Below, one piece after another: positions 39,799 to 53,323 of a stretch of DNA of 64,000 bases. Source of the DNA: Octopus vulgaris (Eukaryota). The first letter of the stretch is position 1. Each line of letters begins with the position of its first letter. Below the pieces are notes generated by a model, which was given only the letters and a program-made list of their open reading frames with translations, had not been told where the DNA came from and ran no database searches. The stretch lies in NCBI GenBank assembly GCA_951406725.2, contig OX597818.1, positions 19,282,001-19,346,000 on the forward strand, given 5' to 3'. A program made the translations under genes and the position numbers.

Positions 39799-40586
39799 GA
39801 GTGTATTTTTACCTTGTTAACAATTAACATGGAAAAATAAATAAATAGTTACCAGGGCAGCAAAAATCTCACAAGTAAAGATGTTGTAACTCCTTGTTTA
39901 TAAAGGTTGAAACTTCGTGTTTACGTTGAATATTTTGAATAATATGAATAAAAAATGGAGTTAACGCAGGTTTAAACAAGTATTTTTACTTTCGACACAT
40001 GTTTCGAAAATTCCACTGATACTATTCAAAAGAATAAATGGTATAAACAATGCAATCTTCTCTTCGGGAAAGTGAAAAAAACGAAACCCGTCAATACGAC
40101 ATTTTAGCAAAAAATGATGGATTTGTATAGCGATAGACAGGACGCTATTAATATTGTTTAAAAAAACGTTATATGATATAACGTCATAAGTAGCTAACAG
40201 AAAGAGTAGGGATATTAATAGTGAATGTTAAATATAAAGGAAATTAAAGTTTAAATTATATATAATGATAGAGACTACTTATATGCACTAAATGTATGTT
40301 TCTGCCAATGCTTACATCTGTATGCTCGTTCTATAACCGTGTTTACTAGAGTATTTTTAGAAAAAATAATGAAAAATAGCTCAGAATTGCGTTCTGTCTA
40401 TCGCTATACAAATCCATCACTTTTTGCTAAAATGTCGTATTGACGGGTTTCGTTTTTTTCACTTTCCCGAAGAGAAGATTGCATTGTTTATACCATTTAT
40501 TCTTTTGAATAGTATCAGTGGAATTTTCGAAACATGTGTCGAAAGTAAAAATACTTGTTTAAACCTGCGTTAACTCCATTTTTTTA

Positions 40587-40593
<7 letters not shown>
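39790..40593. mobile_element. PLE-like terminus with about 208-bp inverted repeats (39942-40149 / 40385-40593)
   Basis: Near-identical arms, each containing an HHR motif; flanked by (TA)n. Confidence 0.7.
40461..40546 (+). ncRNA. Type I hammerhead motif with long stem II (mirror copy 39988-40073, minus strand)
   Basis: actttc-CCGAAGA-gaagattgcattg...cagtggaattttc-GAAA-CATGTG-TC^gaaagt. Confidence 0.7.
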
Positions 40594-40646
<53 letters not shown>

Positions 40647-40647
<1 letters not shown>

Positions 40648-41036
40648 TAGCAGTATAGCCCAGCGTTGCTCGAGCTTGTTTTCTTTATGACCCTTCAGAT
40701 TTGGAATTTTTGAAAAGTAAAAATGTTGCATTATGTAGCTTGTTATTCTCTTTAAGTGAACATTTTTCTGGTTGAAATACACCGAAAAATGGCGACACAG
40801 CAGTCAAAAAATCGTAAAAAATAGGGATGTTCATAGGAAAAAAAGCACCATTTTGATGTAAATAATTTTTGGTGTTAATATGGTCCGATTTGAAATTTGA
40901 AATTTGAAATTTGAAATTTGAAAGAGCAAGCCTTCTTCTATCATACTCTCAATTTTGGTCAACTTGCGCCGCAGGGTCTCGGGGGAGATAGTGTTAGTTG
41001 AAGGCTACCAAACCTGCCATACACAGACAATTTCAG

Positions 41037-41045
<9 letters not shown>
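40647..41045 (-). mobile_element. Non-autonomous Helitron
   Basis: Minus 3' end gctcgagcaacgctgggc-tatactgCTAG|T, similar to the 42353 element; 5' end merges into (TA)n. Confidence 0.65.
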
Positions 41046-41117
<72 letters not shown>

Positions 41118-41233
41118 TATCTATATGTATATATGTATTATATTATATTGTGTTATATTAAGTTGCATAGTAAAAAAATTGTTGTGGCCGGTGAGAAAGC
41201 TACTATTGCTTTCAAGTCAGGTATTGCACTTAC

Positions 41234-41295
<62 letters not shown>

Positions 41296-41341
41296 TCACA
41301 CACATATGTATATCTATCTATCTATCTATCTATCTATCTAC

Positions 41342-41511
41342 ACGACAGGTTTCTTTCAGTTTCCGTCTGCCAAATCAACTCACAAGGCTTTGGTCGGCCC
41401 AAAGCTATAGCAGAAGACACTTGCACAAGGGGACACGCAGTGGGACTGAGCCCAGAACCGTGTGGTTGGTAAGCAAGCTACTTACCCTTACCACATAGCT
41501 ACCCATGCGCC
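41342..41511 (-). mobile_element. SINE family A head
   Basis: Family consensus. Confidence 0.75.
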
Positions 41512-42236
41512 TATACATGCATACATACATACACACATACATACATGCATACATAAATACATACATACATACATACATACATACATACATACATACATAC
41601 ATACATCGACACGCACACACACACACAAACATGCACATTTATCTCCTCTGCATTCTTCTGCTTCCATCTTTTTCTCCTTACTATTATCGTTTGTTATTGT
41701 CCCCTTTGTTCTATATCCTCTGCTGTCTGTCTCTTTCTCTGTCTTTGTCTCTCTCTCTCTCTCTCTCTCCCTCTTTATCTATCTCTGTCTTGCCCCACCC
41801 TCACACGTACACACACATGTATGTATGCATATACATGTGCCTGCGTATGTATGTGTGAATAGGTGTGCTTGTTCATAAATACCTATATATACATAAGCCA
41901 CCCCAACAACGGGGGCCATAGGAAGAGGACCAATAGTTAAGGTGTTAGCCGCACGATCATATATATGGTGGTGGGTTCGAGTTAGGAACATGATAGCGCG
42001 TTGTGTCCTAGAGCATGGCACTGAATTTGACGTTGTTCTTGCCAGCTGAAAAGATGTGCTGGCCAACTATCCGAGCAGTGGTTTTTCCTAACAGCTGTCA
42101 TATTTTCGATATTCGGCTGGGTCGAAAGGTAAAACGGCTGTGGTGGAGGCCTGTGACTACCCGCGACCACACGACCACCCAAAACATTTTGCAAAAGCAT
42201 GGTGCATGCTATCACGTGGTTTGTATGTGCGCTACA

Positions 42237-42330
<94 letters not shown>

Positions 42331-42352
42331 CACATATACATATATATATATA

Positions 42353-42869
42353 CTAGCAGTATCGCCCGGCGTTGCTCGGGTTTGTAAGGGAAATAACTAT
42401 ATAAGCATTTTTAGAGAGTTACTTCCTTTATAGATGCCAATTCGGGCTTTCTTAGCCATTTCTGTTTTGGTGTCTGCAATTCATGAAGTCGTTGTTCTAA
42501 AAGAACGCTGGTCTCCTTGACAACGCATTACGACGTTGATTTCCTTAAACTCCCTTCCCCACAGCTTCACGAGGGAGGGAAGAAGGGGGAGAAGCAAACA
42601 CAGGTGCAGGTGTTTGAGCGTGGACGCCAACTCCGCCGCCATCGACACACGAAAAATTATGCATTAAAATGGAATAAAAAATGATGTTAAATTATTTTTA
42701 AAATCGTAGACTCATCGTAGACGCGCGCTAATAGCCAGACGGGCTCAATATTAATCACGACTATAAGATACCCGAATTTGGTTAAACTGCACCGCAAAAT
42801 GTGGGAGGAGTTAGGAATCTAAATCGTAGGAGACAGACACTCACACAACTACAGTTTTATATATATAGA
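42353..42869 (-). mobile_element. Non-autonomous Helitron
   Basis: Minus: A|TCtatatatataaaactg 5' end; cccgagcaacgccggg hairpin then CTAG|T 3' end. Confidence 0.78.
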
Positions 42870-42875
42870 TATATA

Positions 42876-43100
42876 ATTAATCCGCTACCCCCCAAATAAA
42901 ACGGAGAAAAAACACAAGAAAAAACAACAACGCGAGGACGCGGTACATGCAAAGTATTAATAAGATGCTCAGTGGAGGAAAGAAAGGGTGTTTTACGTTT
43001 CGAGGAAAGCTCTTCTTCAGAAACAGGAGACAGAGGAAAGTCCAAAAGAAAAGGAACCCTGAGAAAAAATAATCGGCAACAATCCAAATGTAGTTACATA
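42876..43100 (-). mobile_element. PLE-terminus element with canonical-core HHR (42989-43025)
   Basis: tgttt-CTGAAGA-a-gag ctttc ctc-GAAACGTA^aaaca; shares caacaacgcgaggacg with the 3781 family. Confidence 0.7.
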
Positions 43101-43114
43101 TATATATGCATTTA

Positions 43115-43285
43115 TAGAAAAGCAAAAGACGAAAACAGGTGCAAGAACAACAAGCAATTGTATTAGTTTGACGCTTGGGAAAAATGGAAAAGTATTTTAT
43201 GTTTCGAGCCGACGCTCCTCAACAGAAAGGAATAAGAGGAAATAGAGACAGAATGAAAAAAAAAAAACGCGTAGAGTTCAGCGAT
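43115..43285 (-). mobile_element. Related PLE-terminus element with variant HHR core (43195-43228); truncated homolog about 62228-62327 (+)
   Basis: cttt-CTGTTGA-g-gagc gtcg gctc-GAAACATA^aaat. Confidence 0.55.
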
Positions 43286-44570
43286 GTATATGTATCTATA
43301 TGCGTTTTTCCCGGGTATGACATTAAGCAGCATCCAGTGATTAGGCTCCTGTTCGGGTGTTCGAGAGTTGTGAGGAACGTGGAGTTACTCGTTAATTACC
43401 CATATTTCCAGGTTCGTTCTATCTTATAACGGTAGTATCTGGCAGGGTCACATCTAAGGGTTAAATAGATTTCTTAGGAGTAGAAGAGGCTCTCAATATT
43501 TTTGACAAAGCCGTTCTTTTTGACAAGGCAGTTCTTCAAGGAGAAAAATACTCTGACCAACATGGCAGTCAAAATAATACCAGTCACCTGGTATTCAATG
43601 CTTGTATGGCGACCGAGAAAGTGGCAAAAATGTTATACAAGCTTTTGCCACTTAAATCCAATGACGTACAGATGTCTTACTATCGTTTCATTTCTTGATC
43701 CATTTTGTATTTTTGTATTTTGTAAAGTCTTATGGCGATAGATGCACGGCATGAAAGATATTTGCGAACATGCAAGAATGAAAGTAAATCAGGGTGAATG
43801 CAAGACGGCTATCATCTGACAAGATGAGACATCATCGTATGTGTATGTGTCAGTGTGTTTCTGTATGTATGTACGTTTGTATGTATGTGTACATACATAC
43901 ATGTATTAATGTATGTATTAACGTATGTATGTATGTATATATGTAATAATGTATGCGTGCTTGTGTTAATGTATGTATGCATATATAAATGCATGTATAA
44001 ATACGTTTCTGTATGTATGCATGCATGTATTAATGTATGCATGCATGTATTGATGTATGCATGCATGTATTAATGTATGCATGTATTATACATGTATTAA
44101 TGTATATATGCATGTAATAATGTATATATGTATGCGTTAATGTATGTATGCATGTACAAATATATGTATATATCTGCATCTATGTGTATATGTGTGCATG
44201 GATACGTGTATTTATGTAGTTATGTATATATATATGTATGGATGGATGTATGTATCTATCTATTTATCTTTGTATTCATGTATGCAAGTATGTTTCCATG
44301 TATGTATGTGTGTTTGCTTTGTGTGTATGTTGTACAAGGTTTCACTAATACATACATATGCTTAGACACACATACACATTTCTAGGCCTGCATGCAGACA
44401 TGAACACATCCAGATAAACATGCCCATTAACTTATAGCCACGTACGCGCACATATATTGACTTACACATACATAGACGCACCTACATACACATACACACT
44501 CACACACGCACATACAGTTGCAGACCCATATATGCATACACATAAATGTGCATACATAAATGCTTATACA

Positions 44571-45845
44571 TAAATGTATACACGTAAATGTATACACGTA
44601 AATGTATACATATAAATGTATACACATAGATGTATACACATAAATTTATACACATAAATGTATACACATAGATGTATACACGTAAATGTATACACATAAA
44701 TGTATACACGTAAATGTATACACGTAAATGTATACACGTAAATGTATACACATAAATGTATACACATAAATGTATACACGTAAATGTATACACGTAAATG
44801 TATACACATAAATGTATACACGTAAATGTATACATATAAATGTATACACATAGATGTATACACATAAATGTATACACATAGATGTATACACATAAATGTA
44901 TACACATAGATGTATACACATAAATGTATACACATAAATGTATACACATAAATGTATACACGTAAATGTATACACATAAATGTATACACATAAATGTATA
45001 CACGTAAATGTATACACATAAATGTATACACGTAAATGTATACACGTAAATGTATACACATAAATGTATACACATAAATGTATACACGTAAATGTATACA
45101 CATAAATGTATACACATAAATGTATACACGTAAATGTATACACATAAATTTATACACATAAATGTATACACATAGATGTATACACGTAAATGTATACATG
45201 TAAATGTATACACGTAAATGTATACACATAAATGTATACACGTAAATGTATACACATAAATGCATACACATAAATGTATACACGTAAATGTATACACATA
45301 AATGTATACACATAGATGTATACACGTAAATGTATACACGTAAATGTATACACGTAAATGTATACACATAAATGTATACACATAAAATGTATACACGTAA
45401 ATGTATACACGTAAATGTATACACGTAAATGTATACACATAAATGTATACACATAAATGTATACACGTAAATGTATACACATAAATGTATACACGTAAAT
45501 GTATACACGTAAATGTATACACATAAATGTATACACATAAATGTATACACATAAATGTATACACGTAAATGTATACACATAAATGTATACACATAAATGT
45601 ATACACGTAAATATATACACATAAATGTATACACATAAATGTATACACATAAATGTATACACATAAATGTATACACATAAATGTATACACGTAAATGTAT
45701 ACACATAAATGTATACACATAAATGTATACACGTAAATGTATACACGTAAATGTATACACATAAATGTATACACGTAAATGTATACACATAAATGTATAC
45801 ACGTAAATGTATACACGTAAATGTATACACGTAAATATATACACA
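44571..45845. repeat. 14-bp minisatellite (TAAATGTATACAC[A/G])n, about 90 units
   Basis: Read directly; source of the spurious 448-aa and 426-aa ORFs. Confidence 0.97.
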
Positions 45846-47265
45846 TATATATATACGCTGTTATTTACTTTTTTTCTGAGCCAAGAGAAGCAGTCGCTCA
45901 GCTGTTAATTACAGTCATCCGTATTAATTTTCACAGAGGCTAGGTAGCTTTTTACCTTCATAAATACACTAACTACACTCCTACATCTCTCTTGCTCTAT
46001 CTTATGTATCTCTGTCTCTCTCTCTCTCTCTTTCTTTCTCTCTTTCTCTTTCGCAGGATAGAGAGAGAGGGGGGGGAAGAGAGAAAGAGAGAGAGAGAAA
46101 GAAACTTCGCTACTCGCTATCACATTTCTCTTCACTAATTTTCTCTTCCTTTTTACCCCGCTACGAACCTATATAATTATGTCTGTCTGTCTGTCCCTTT
46201 CTTTCTCTCTTACTCTCTCTCTTTCATTCATTCTTTCTTTCTTTCTTTCTTTCTCTCTCACTCATAAATATATATCTGTCTGTCCCTCTGTCTTCGTCAT
46301 CAACTTTCTCCCTCTATGAATGTCTTTCTATGTGTCTCTCTCCATCTAGCTATCTTTCTTCATATCTATCTGTTTCTCTCGTTTTCCCTCTCTCTCTCTC
46401 TCTCTCTCTATCTATTTATCTTACTCTTTCTCTTTCTCTTATTCACCCCCTTTTCCTCCCTTCCTCTCTTTGATAATTTAATTTAACGCTCATACAGTCC
46501 ACCTCATCCCTGCATTGCTTATACGTTTCTCTCTCTCTTTTCTCTCTCTCTCTCTTTCTCTCTTTCTCTCTTTCTCTTTCTCAAACATATCCACACTCTC
46601 GCTCACATTCGCACGCGCGCGTACGCACACAATTTCTCTCTTTTTCTTTTGCCTCCATTTCCTTTCCTCACTATTTCTCTTTTCGTCTCCAACCATTAAC
46701 TTTACTCGATCGCTCACTCATCCTTTGCTATTTCTTACATACTCACTTCCCCCCTTCCTCTCCTCCCCTCTATTTGAAGTAGTTGTGTCTTTGCCCCCCC
46801 CCCCACACACACTCTAAGCACCACTGCACTCGTTCACTCCTCTCTTCCCATTCCTCCTTCGTCGTCTCCTCGCGCTCTTTCTCTTTTTCTTTCTTTCTCT
46901 CTCACTCACTCACATTTATTCCTATTCTTTACTCTGGATCCCAGTTGGATCTTACTTGTCTTGGCGGCGGCATTTACTGGTAGCTTGGGAAATCCACAGC
47001 TACAAGTGGATTGTTTCAATGATATTATAAACGGGACGGAAAGCGATAGAAATAAAAAAAAATAGAGATAATTCAACAGAATCAAAAAATATTTACGTAT
47101 ATATACAGATAGATAAAAACATTTATATATAATCATCTTTGAAGTTTGTGAAAATATTTAACTAACCAAGAGTACGTAAATTGTAGTAAGACCGGGAGGC
47201 AATCCTAACACTGCTAACAGCCGTTACGCAGTCATACATATCCACTTCGACAGGTACATTGTTCA

Positions 47266-47351
<86 letters not shown>

Positions 47352-47355
47352 GCTA

Positions 47356-47426
<71 letters not shown>

Positions 47427-47440
47427 GCCTATCTATCTAC

Positions 47441-47496
<56 letters not shown>

Positions 47497-47502
47497 TTAT
47501 CT

Positions 47503-47567
<65 letters not shown>

Positions 47568-48901
47568 TTGTGTTCGACGTTTTTTGGGTGTCCTGTACCT
47601 ATATATGCATGTTGTATATACATATACATGTAGGTACGTACATATATGTATGTATATATGCATATGTTTTATTTATTATGTATGTATGTATATACATATA
47701 TTAGTGTTGATATATTTATGAATACGTTGAATTATATTATGCTGTATTTTTTTTAAGGACTAGGGAAGACTGCCAGTGAAATTTTTACGTCAGAAAAGCC
47801 TGTTTGATCAGACTACAACAGATTAAAGACAACTAATGTTATAATTCACTACATATATTGAAGTGGGGAAAAATGATAGAAAAATATCAAAAGATTTAAC
47901 AATAAGCGAAGATATATAAGTATATAAATATATATTTATTTACATACATGCCCTATATATATAGTTTAAGTATAATTAGTCGGGAATACACGGACTTAAA
48001 CCAGACGTCATTCCTGAAGTAGTTGGCAGCCGATACATAAAATACACGCTGCATCTATAAATATATGTACCTCTCTGAACAGGTATATTAATATAGATTT
48101 ATTTATTGATTGATTTAACAATATAGGCTGTATTTTATGGTGTATTTTATGGCAGTCAAATTTTCGTTTTAATTTTAACCCCAAATATTTATATTTTGCT
48201 ATAAATTTTTAATACCAGTATAGAAAGAAAGCATTTACGAAATAGATTATATATGTTATTTAAGCTGTAAATTTTAATATTCTTTCAGGGTAATTGTTTT
48301 TTTGACAAACAGAAAGGAAATCATTATTTTTGTTGGAAGATATCAGTTATACTGGACAAACACAATAGATCCAGTGGCACTAGATAAGATATAGTATAAA
48401 TACTATTTTGCGAGGGAGACATCAAATTGTTGAAAATTTTTCGTCATACCGGCAAGCTTTTCTGTTGTAATTGGAGATAACATTTGTCTGATAGCATCTT
48501 TTACAAGGAATTTTTGGTGAGTTATTTATCAAATTTCAATTTTTCTTTAAAATCAAAAGAGAGAAAAAACCCCCCCCAGAAAAGATCAAGTACAAACTAA
48601 AGAGGATGTGCCTAGAAATATAATTTGCATATAATATAATGAGCTTTCTTTATTAACTAATCTGTATATTTACTTTTATTTTTATTTCCCTCGAAACGGG
48701 GAAATACTAAGTGTTGTAGGATATCCCTGTATGGAAGGTATGAACCGTAAAAAGAGCCTTGTTTGTAAATTTAAGAAACTGTTGTGTATGAAGGAGAGTA
48801 TTTATTGTCTTTATCCATTGTTCATTCGATCATCATAACATTATTTCTTTCCATCTGCATCTGAGTGTTGTGTGTGTGTGTTTGTTTACCCATCCATCCA
48901 C

Positions 48902-49020
<119 letters not shown>

Positions 49021-49029
49021 ATCTATCTA

Positions 49030-49101
<72 letters not shown>

Positions 49102-49595
49102 GTCTATTTATCTGTCTGTCTGTCTGTCTGTATGTTTAGTTAGCTAGCTATTATACACACACACATACACATATGTATATATGTATGCATGCATGTATGT
49201 ATGAATATAAATATAAACAACTACACACACATACATACTTGCATGCGCATATGCAAGTATTTATACATACATAGACACACATGTATACACACAAACACAC
49301 ACAAACAGATACACATGCATACTAATACACATTTGTATGTGTATTGAAGTTCATATGCATGTGCATATGCATACATGCATCACGTATGCATATATGAATA
49401 TAAATCTAAGTATGTATACACATGCGTTTCTACATACATACATACTTGCATAAAAAATACATGTATATATAAGTGTGCATGTGTGTATGTGTGTACGTTC
49501 ATGTGTGTATAAATGCATATGTGTGCATATATATATACATTTATATACTCACACATACTCAAACACACATACTACACAAATACACACACACACAC

Positions 49596-49626
<31 letters not shown>

Positions 49627-49947
49627 GTCTCTCTCATATTTCTTCCAATGTTGTATTGAAATTGTGGCATGTAAAAAAAAATTATTGGAATAAACACTTA
49701 AAAGATAAGTCCGCATAAGCCTGTCCATAAGCATAATACACGTATAAGTATATTTCTATACAAATATGTATACACATATGCATATACAGATATACAGCAC
49801 CTATAAAATAGGGTGTTGAACGTCCTTGAATCTGAGAAGGGCGCTTCCCACCCTTGGGGCCGGAAAGTAGTGTTGTTCCATCTTGCATTATTCCTTTCGG
49901 AAGCCCTATAGATTGATATACAAAATATACACAAACACAGATATATA

Positions 49948-50493
49948 GGCGCAGGAGTGGCTGTGTGGTAAGTAGCTTGCTAACCAACCACATGGTTCCG
50001 GATTCAGTCCCACTGCGTGGCATCTTGGGCAAGTGTCTTCTGCTATAGCCCCGGACCGACCAATGCCTTGTGAGTGGAAACTGAAAGAAGCCTGTCGTAT
50101 ATATGTATATATGTGTATACATGTGTATATATGTGTATACATGTGTGCCACTGCGTGGCACCTTGGGCAAGTGTCTTTTGCTATAGCCTCGGGCCGACCA
50201 AAGCCTTATGAGTAGATTTGGTAGACGGAAACTGAAAGAAGCCTGTCGTATATATGTATATATATATATGTATGTGTGTGTATATGTTTGTGTGTCTGTG
50301 TTTGTCCCTCTAGCATTGCTTGACAACCGATGCTGGTGTGTTTAAGTCCCCGTCACCTAGCGGTTCGGCAAAAGAAACCGATAGAATAAGTACTGGGCTT
50401 ACAAAGAATAAGTCCCGGCGTCGAGTTGCTCGATTAAAGGCGGTGCTCCAGCATGGCCGCAGTCAAATGCTCGAAACAAGTAAAAAGAGAGAG
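49948..50493 (+). mobile_element. SINE family A: partial copy (49948-50100) plus 5'-truncated copy (50147-50493)
   Basis: Family consensus. Confidence 0.85.
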
Positions 50494-50783
50494 TATACTT
50501 GTGAGTGAGCGACAAACGTAAGAAAACGTAAGGGATGCAAGCACACGTCAGCGAATTCATCAACTGTTTACATTAAACATACACGTTAGATGGCCTATGT
50601 TGTCTACTTGTGATTCGCTTATATACTACATGCATTTCATGCACGTAATATGCACACATGCGCGCCCACACATACACATATGTATATATGTATACATGTA
50701 TGTATGTATGAATATAAATATAAACAGCTACACACATATACATACTTGCATGCGCGTATGCAAGTATCTATACATACATAGAC

Positions 50784-51149
50784 TCTCTCTCTTTACTCTT
50801 TTACTTGTTTCAGTCATTTGACTGCGGCCATGCTGGAGCTCCGCCTTTAATCGAGCAACTCGACCCCGGGACTTATTCTTTGTAAGCCCAGTACTTATTC
50901 CATCGGTCTCTTTTTGCCGAACCGCTAAGTAACGGGGACATAAGCACACCAGCATCGGTTGTCAAACAATGCTAGAGGGACAAACACAGACACACAAACA
51001 TATACATATACATATATACATATATATACATATATATACATATATACGACAGGCTTCTTTCAGTTTCCGTCTACCAAATCCACTCACAAGGCTTTGGTCG
51101 GCCCGAGGCTATAGTAGAAGACACTTACCCAAGGTGCCACGCAGTGGCA
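50784..51149 (-). mobile_element. SINE family A, 5'-truncated
   Basis: Reverse-complement match to 50147-50493. Confidence 0.85.
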
Positions 51150-51431
51150 CACATGTATACACACATGTATACACACAAACACACAAACAGACACACATGC
51201 ATACTAATACACATTTGTATATGTATAGAAGTTCATATGCATGTGTATATACATACATGCATCACGTATGCATATATGAATATAAATCTAAGTATGTATA
51301 CACATGCGTTTCTACATACATAGGCTCACATAAAGACACACACATATGTATACATATATACACACGCATATATGCAAACATACCTATATACACATGTATG
51401 CATGCGTGTGTATACATACATATATTTACTC

Positions 51432-51629
51432 ACTTACTTATTTCAGTCATTTGACTGCGGCCATGCTGGAGCATCGCCTTTAGTCGAGCAAATCGACCCC
51501 AGGACTTATTCTTTGTAACCCTAGTACTTATTCTATCGGTTTCTTTTGCCGAACCGCTAAGTTACGGGACGCAAACACACCAGCATTGGTTGTCAAGCGA
51601 TGCTGGGGGACAAACAAACACACACACAC

Positions 51630-51696
<67 letters not shown>

Positions 51697-51764
51697 TACG
51701 ACGGGCTTCTTTCAGTTTCCGTCTACCAAATCCACTCACAAGGCTTTGGTCGTCACGAGGCTAT
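51432..51764 (-). mobile_element. SINE family A, 5'-truncated
   Basis: Family consensus. Confidence 0.85.
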
Positions 51765-51793
51765 CGCTTCCTCCTCCATCATACACTCTACAA

Positions 51794-51844
<51 letters not shown>

Positions 51845-51888
51845 AGTGTATATATATATATGTATATATATATGTATATATATAAGTG

Positions 51889-51924
<36 letters not shown>

Positions 51925-51933
51925 TATATATAT

Positions 51934-51977
<44 letters not shown>

Positions 51978-52535
51978 TATATATAAGACAAACTAAAGTG
52001 CTGTTTTATCTTTTCGTTTATTTTAAATTTATTTTATAACTTTCGATGTATACATGTATGTGTATGTAAATACACACAAGCATATATATACGCAGATGTG
52101 TGTGCATGTATGTATAAATGTGCGTGTGTGCGCGTGTGTATATGTGAGTGTGTGCGTGTCTATACATATATATATATATGTTAGTTGATATGTCTTCGTG
52201 TTATGAATTAAACGCTATGTATGTTTGTGTGTAAGTATGTATAGGGTTTTGTGTGTATATGCATTCGTATATAAACTTTTGTACGTGTTTTGTGCGTGTG
52301 TGTGTGTTTGTGTGTGTGTTGTGTTGTGTTGTGTGCGTGTGTGTGTGTGTGTGTGTGTAGACAACCTAAAAATATAAATAGAACATCGAAACTGTAAAAC
52401 GAAAGATCCAGAATGCTTGTATTATCGAATGACAAGGGTTGGCGATGCGGAGCAGTATTGTTACCATAGCTACCGGCCGCTTGCCTGCTGTCTGCATCCC
52501 GAATAATAATTATGAACTCGTTCTTTTCTCTCGCT

Positions 52536-52571
<36 letters not shown>

Positions 52572-53018
52572 CAATTACCTATCAATCTATCCATTTCTCA
52601 CTCTTTCTCCTTCTCTCTCTCTCTCTCTCACACACACACATACACGCACGCACACACAAGCATTCTCTTTTTTCTCTCCTCTTTCTTTCTCGCATACACA
52701 CACACGGACGTACGCACACAGCCACGGGTACACGCATACAGCCACACGCAATCCTGTCTGTTTCTCTCTATCGCTTCCTCCTCCATCACAATCCTCCCGT
52801 CCCTCCTCTCTCTCTCTCTCTCTCTCTCTCCCTCTCTCATACAAAACTCTTCACTTGTTCATAACTTTGCTATGTTCTTATTAACAAAGCAAATCTCATT
52901 AGTTGTCGGCCCAACTACCTCTACCTATCTTGTTTATTGCTAAATATTGATTTCATACAGTTGTGTAGGACCAGGTTGTCCCGATTGATCAAAGGCGTTC
53001 GGAGCGTGACCGAAAGCC

Positions 53019-53104
<86 letters not shown>

Positions 53105-53251
53105 TATATATTTTAATGCTTGTTTTTATGTCGAATTATATAAAAAGAACAATTTTACATTAAATTGAAGATACTTCTTGTAGAGTACATATTCATATTC
53201 GTTGGTACTCCGAGGGTTTCAGTGCCAACCAATTTTAATCAAACTATTAAA

Positions 53252-53300
<49 letters not shown>

Positions 53301-53323
53301 GTATACACGTATGTGTGTGTGCA

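Noticed and set aside
44571-45845. CRISPR-like regular array
   Set aside because: No unique spacers, eukaryotic context, no cas genes
44500-45846. 448-aa and 426-aa repetitive ORFs
   Set aside because: Produced by the 14-bp minisatellite
46984-46996. 13-nt minus-strand match to the 5' part of miR-1986 as I recall it (TGGATTTCCCAAG)
   Set aside because: 3' half does not match and there is no pre-miRNA-length hairpin; plausible by chance
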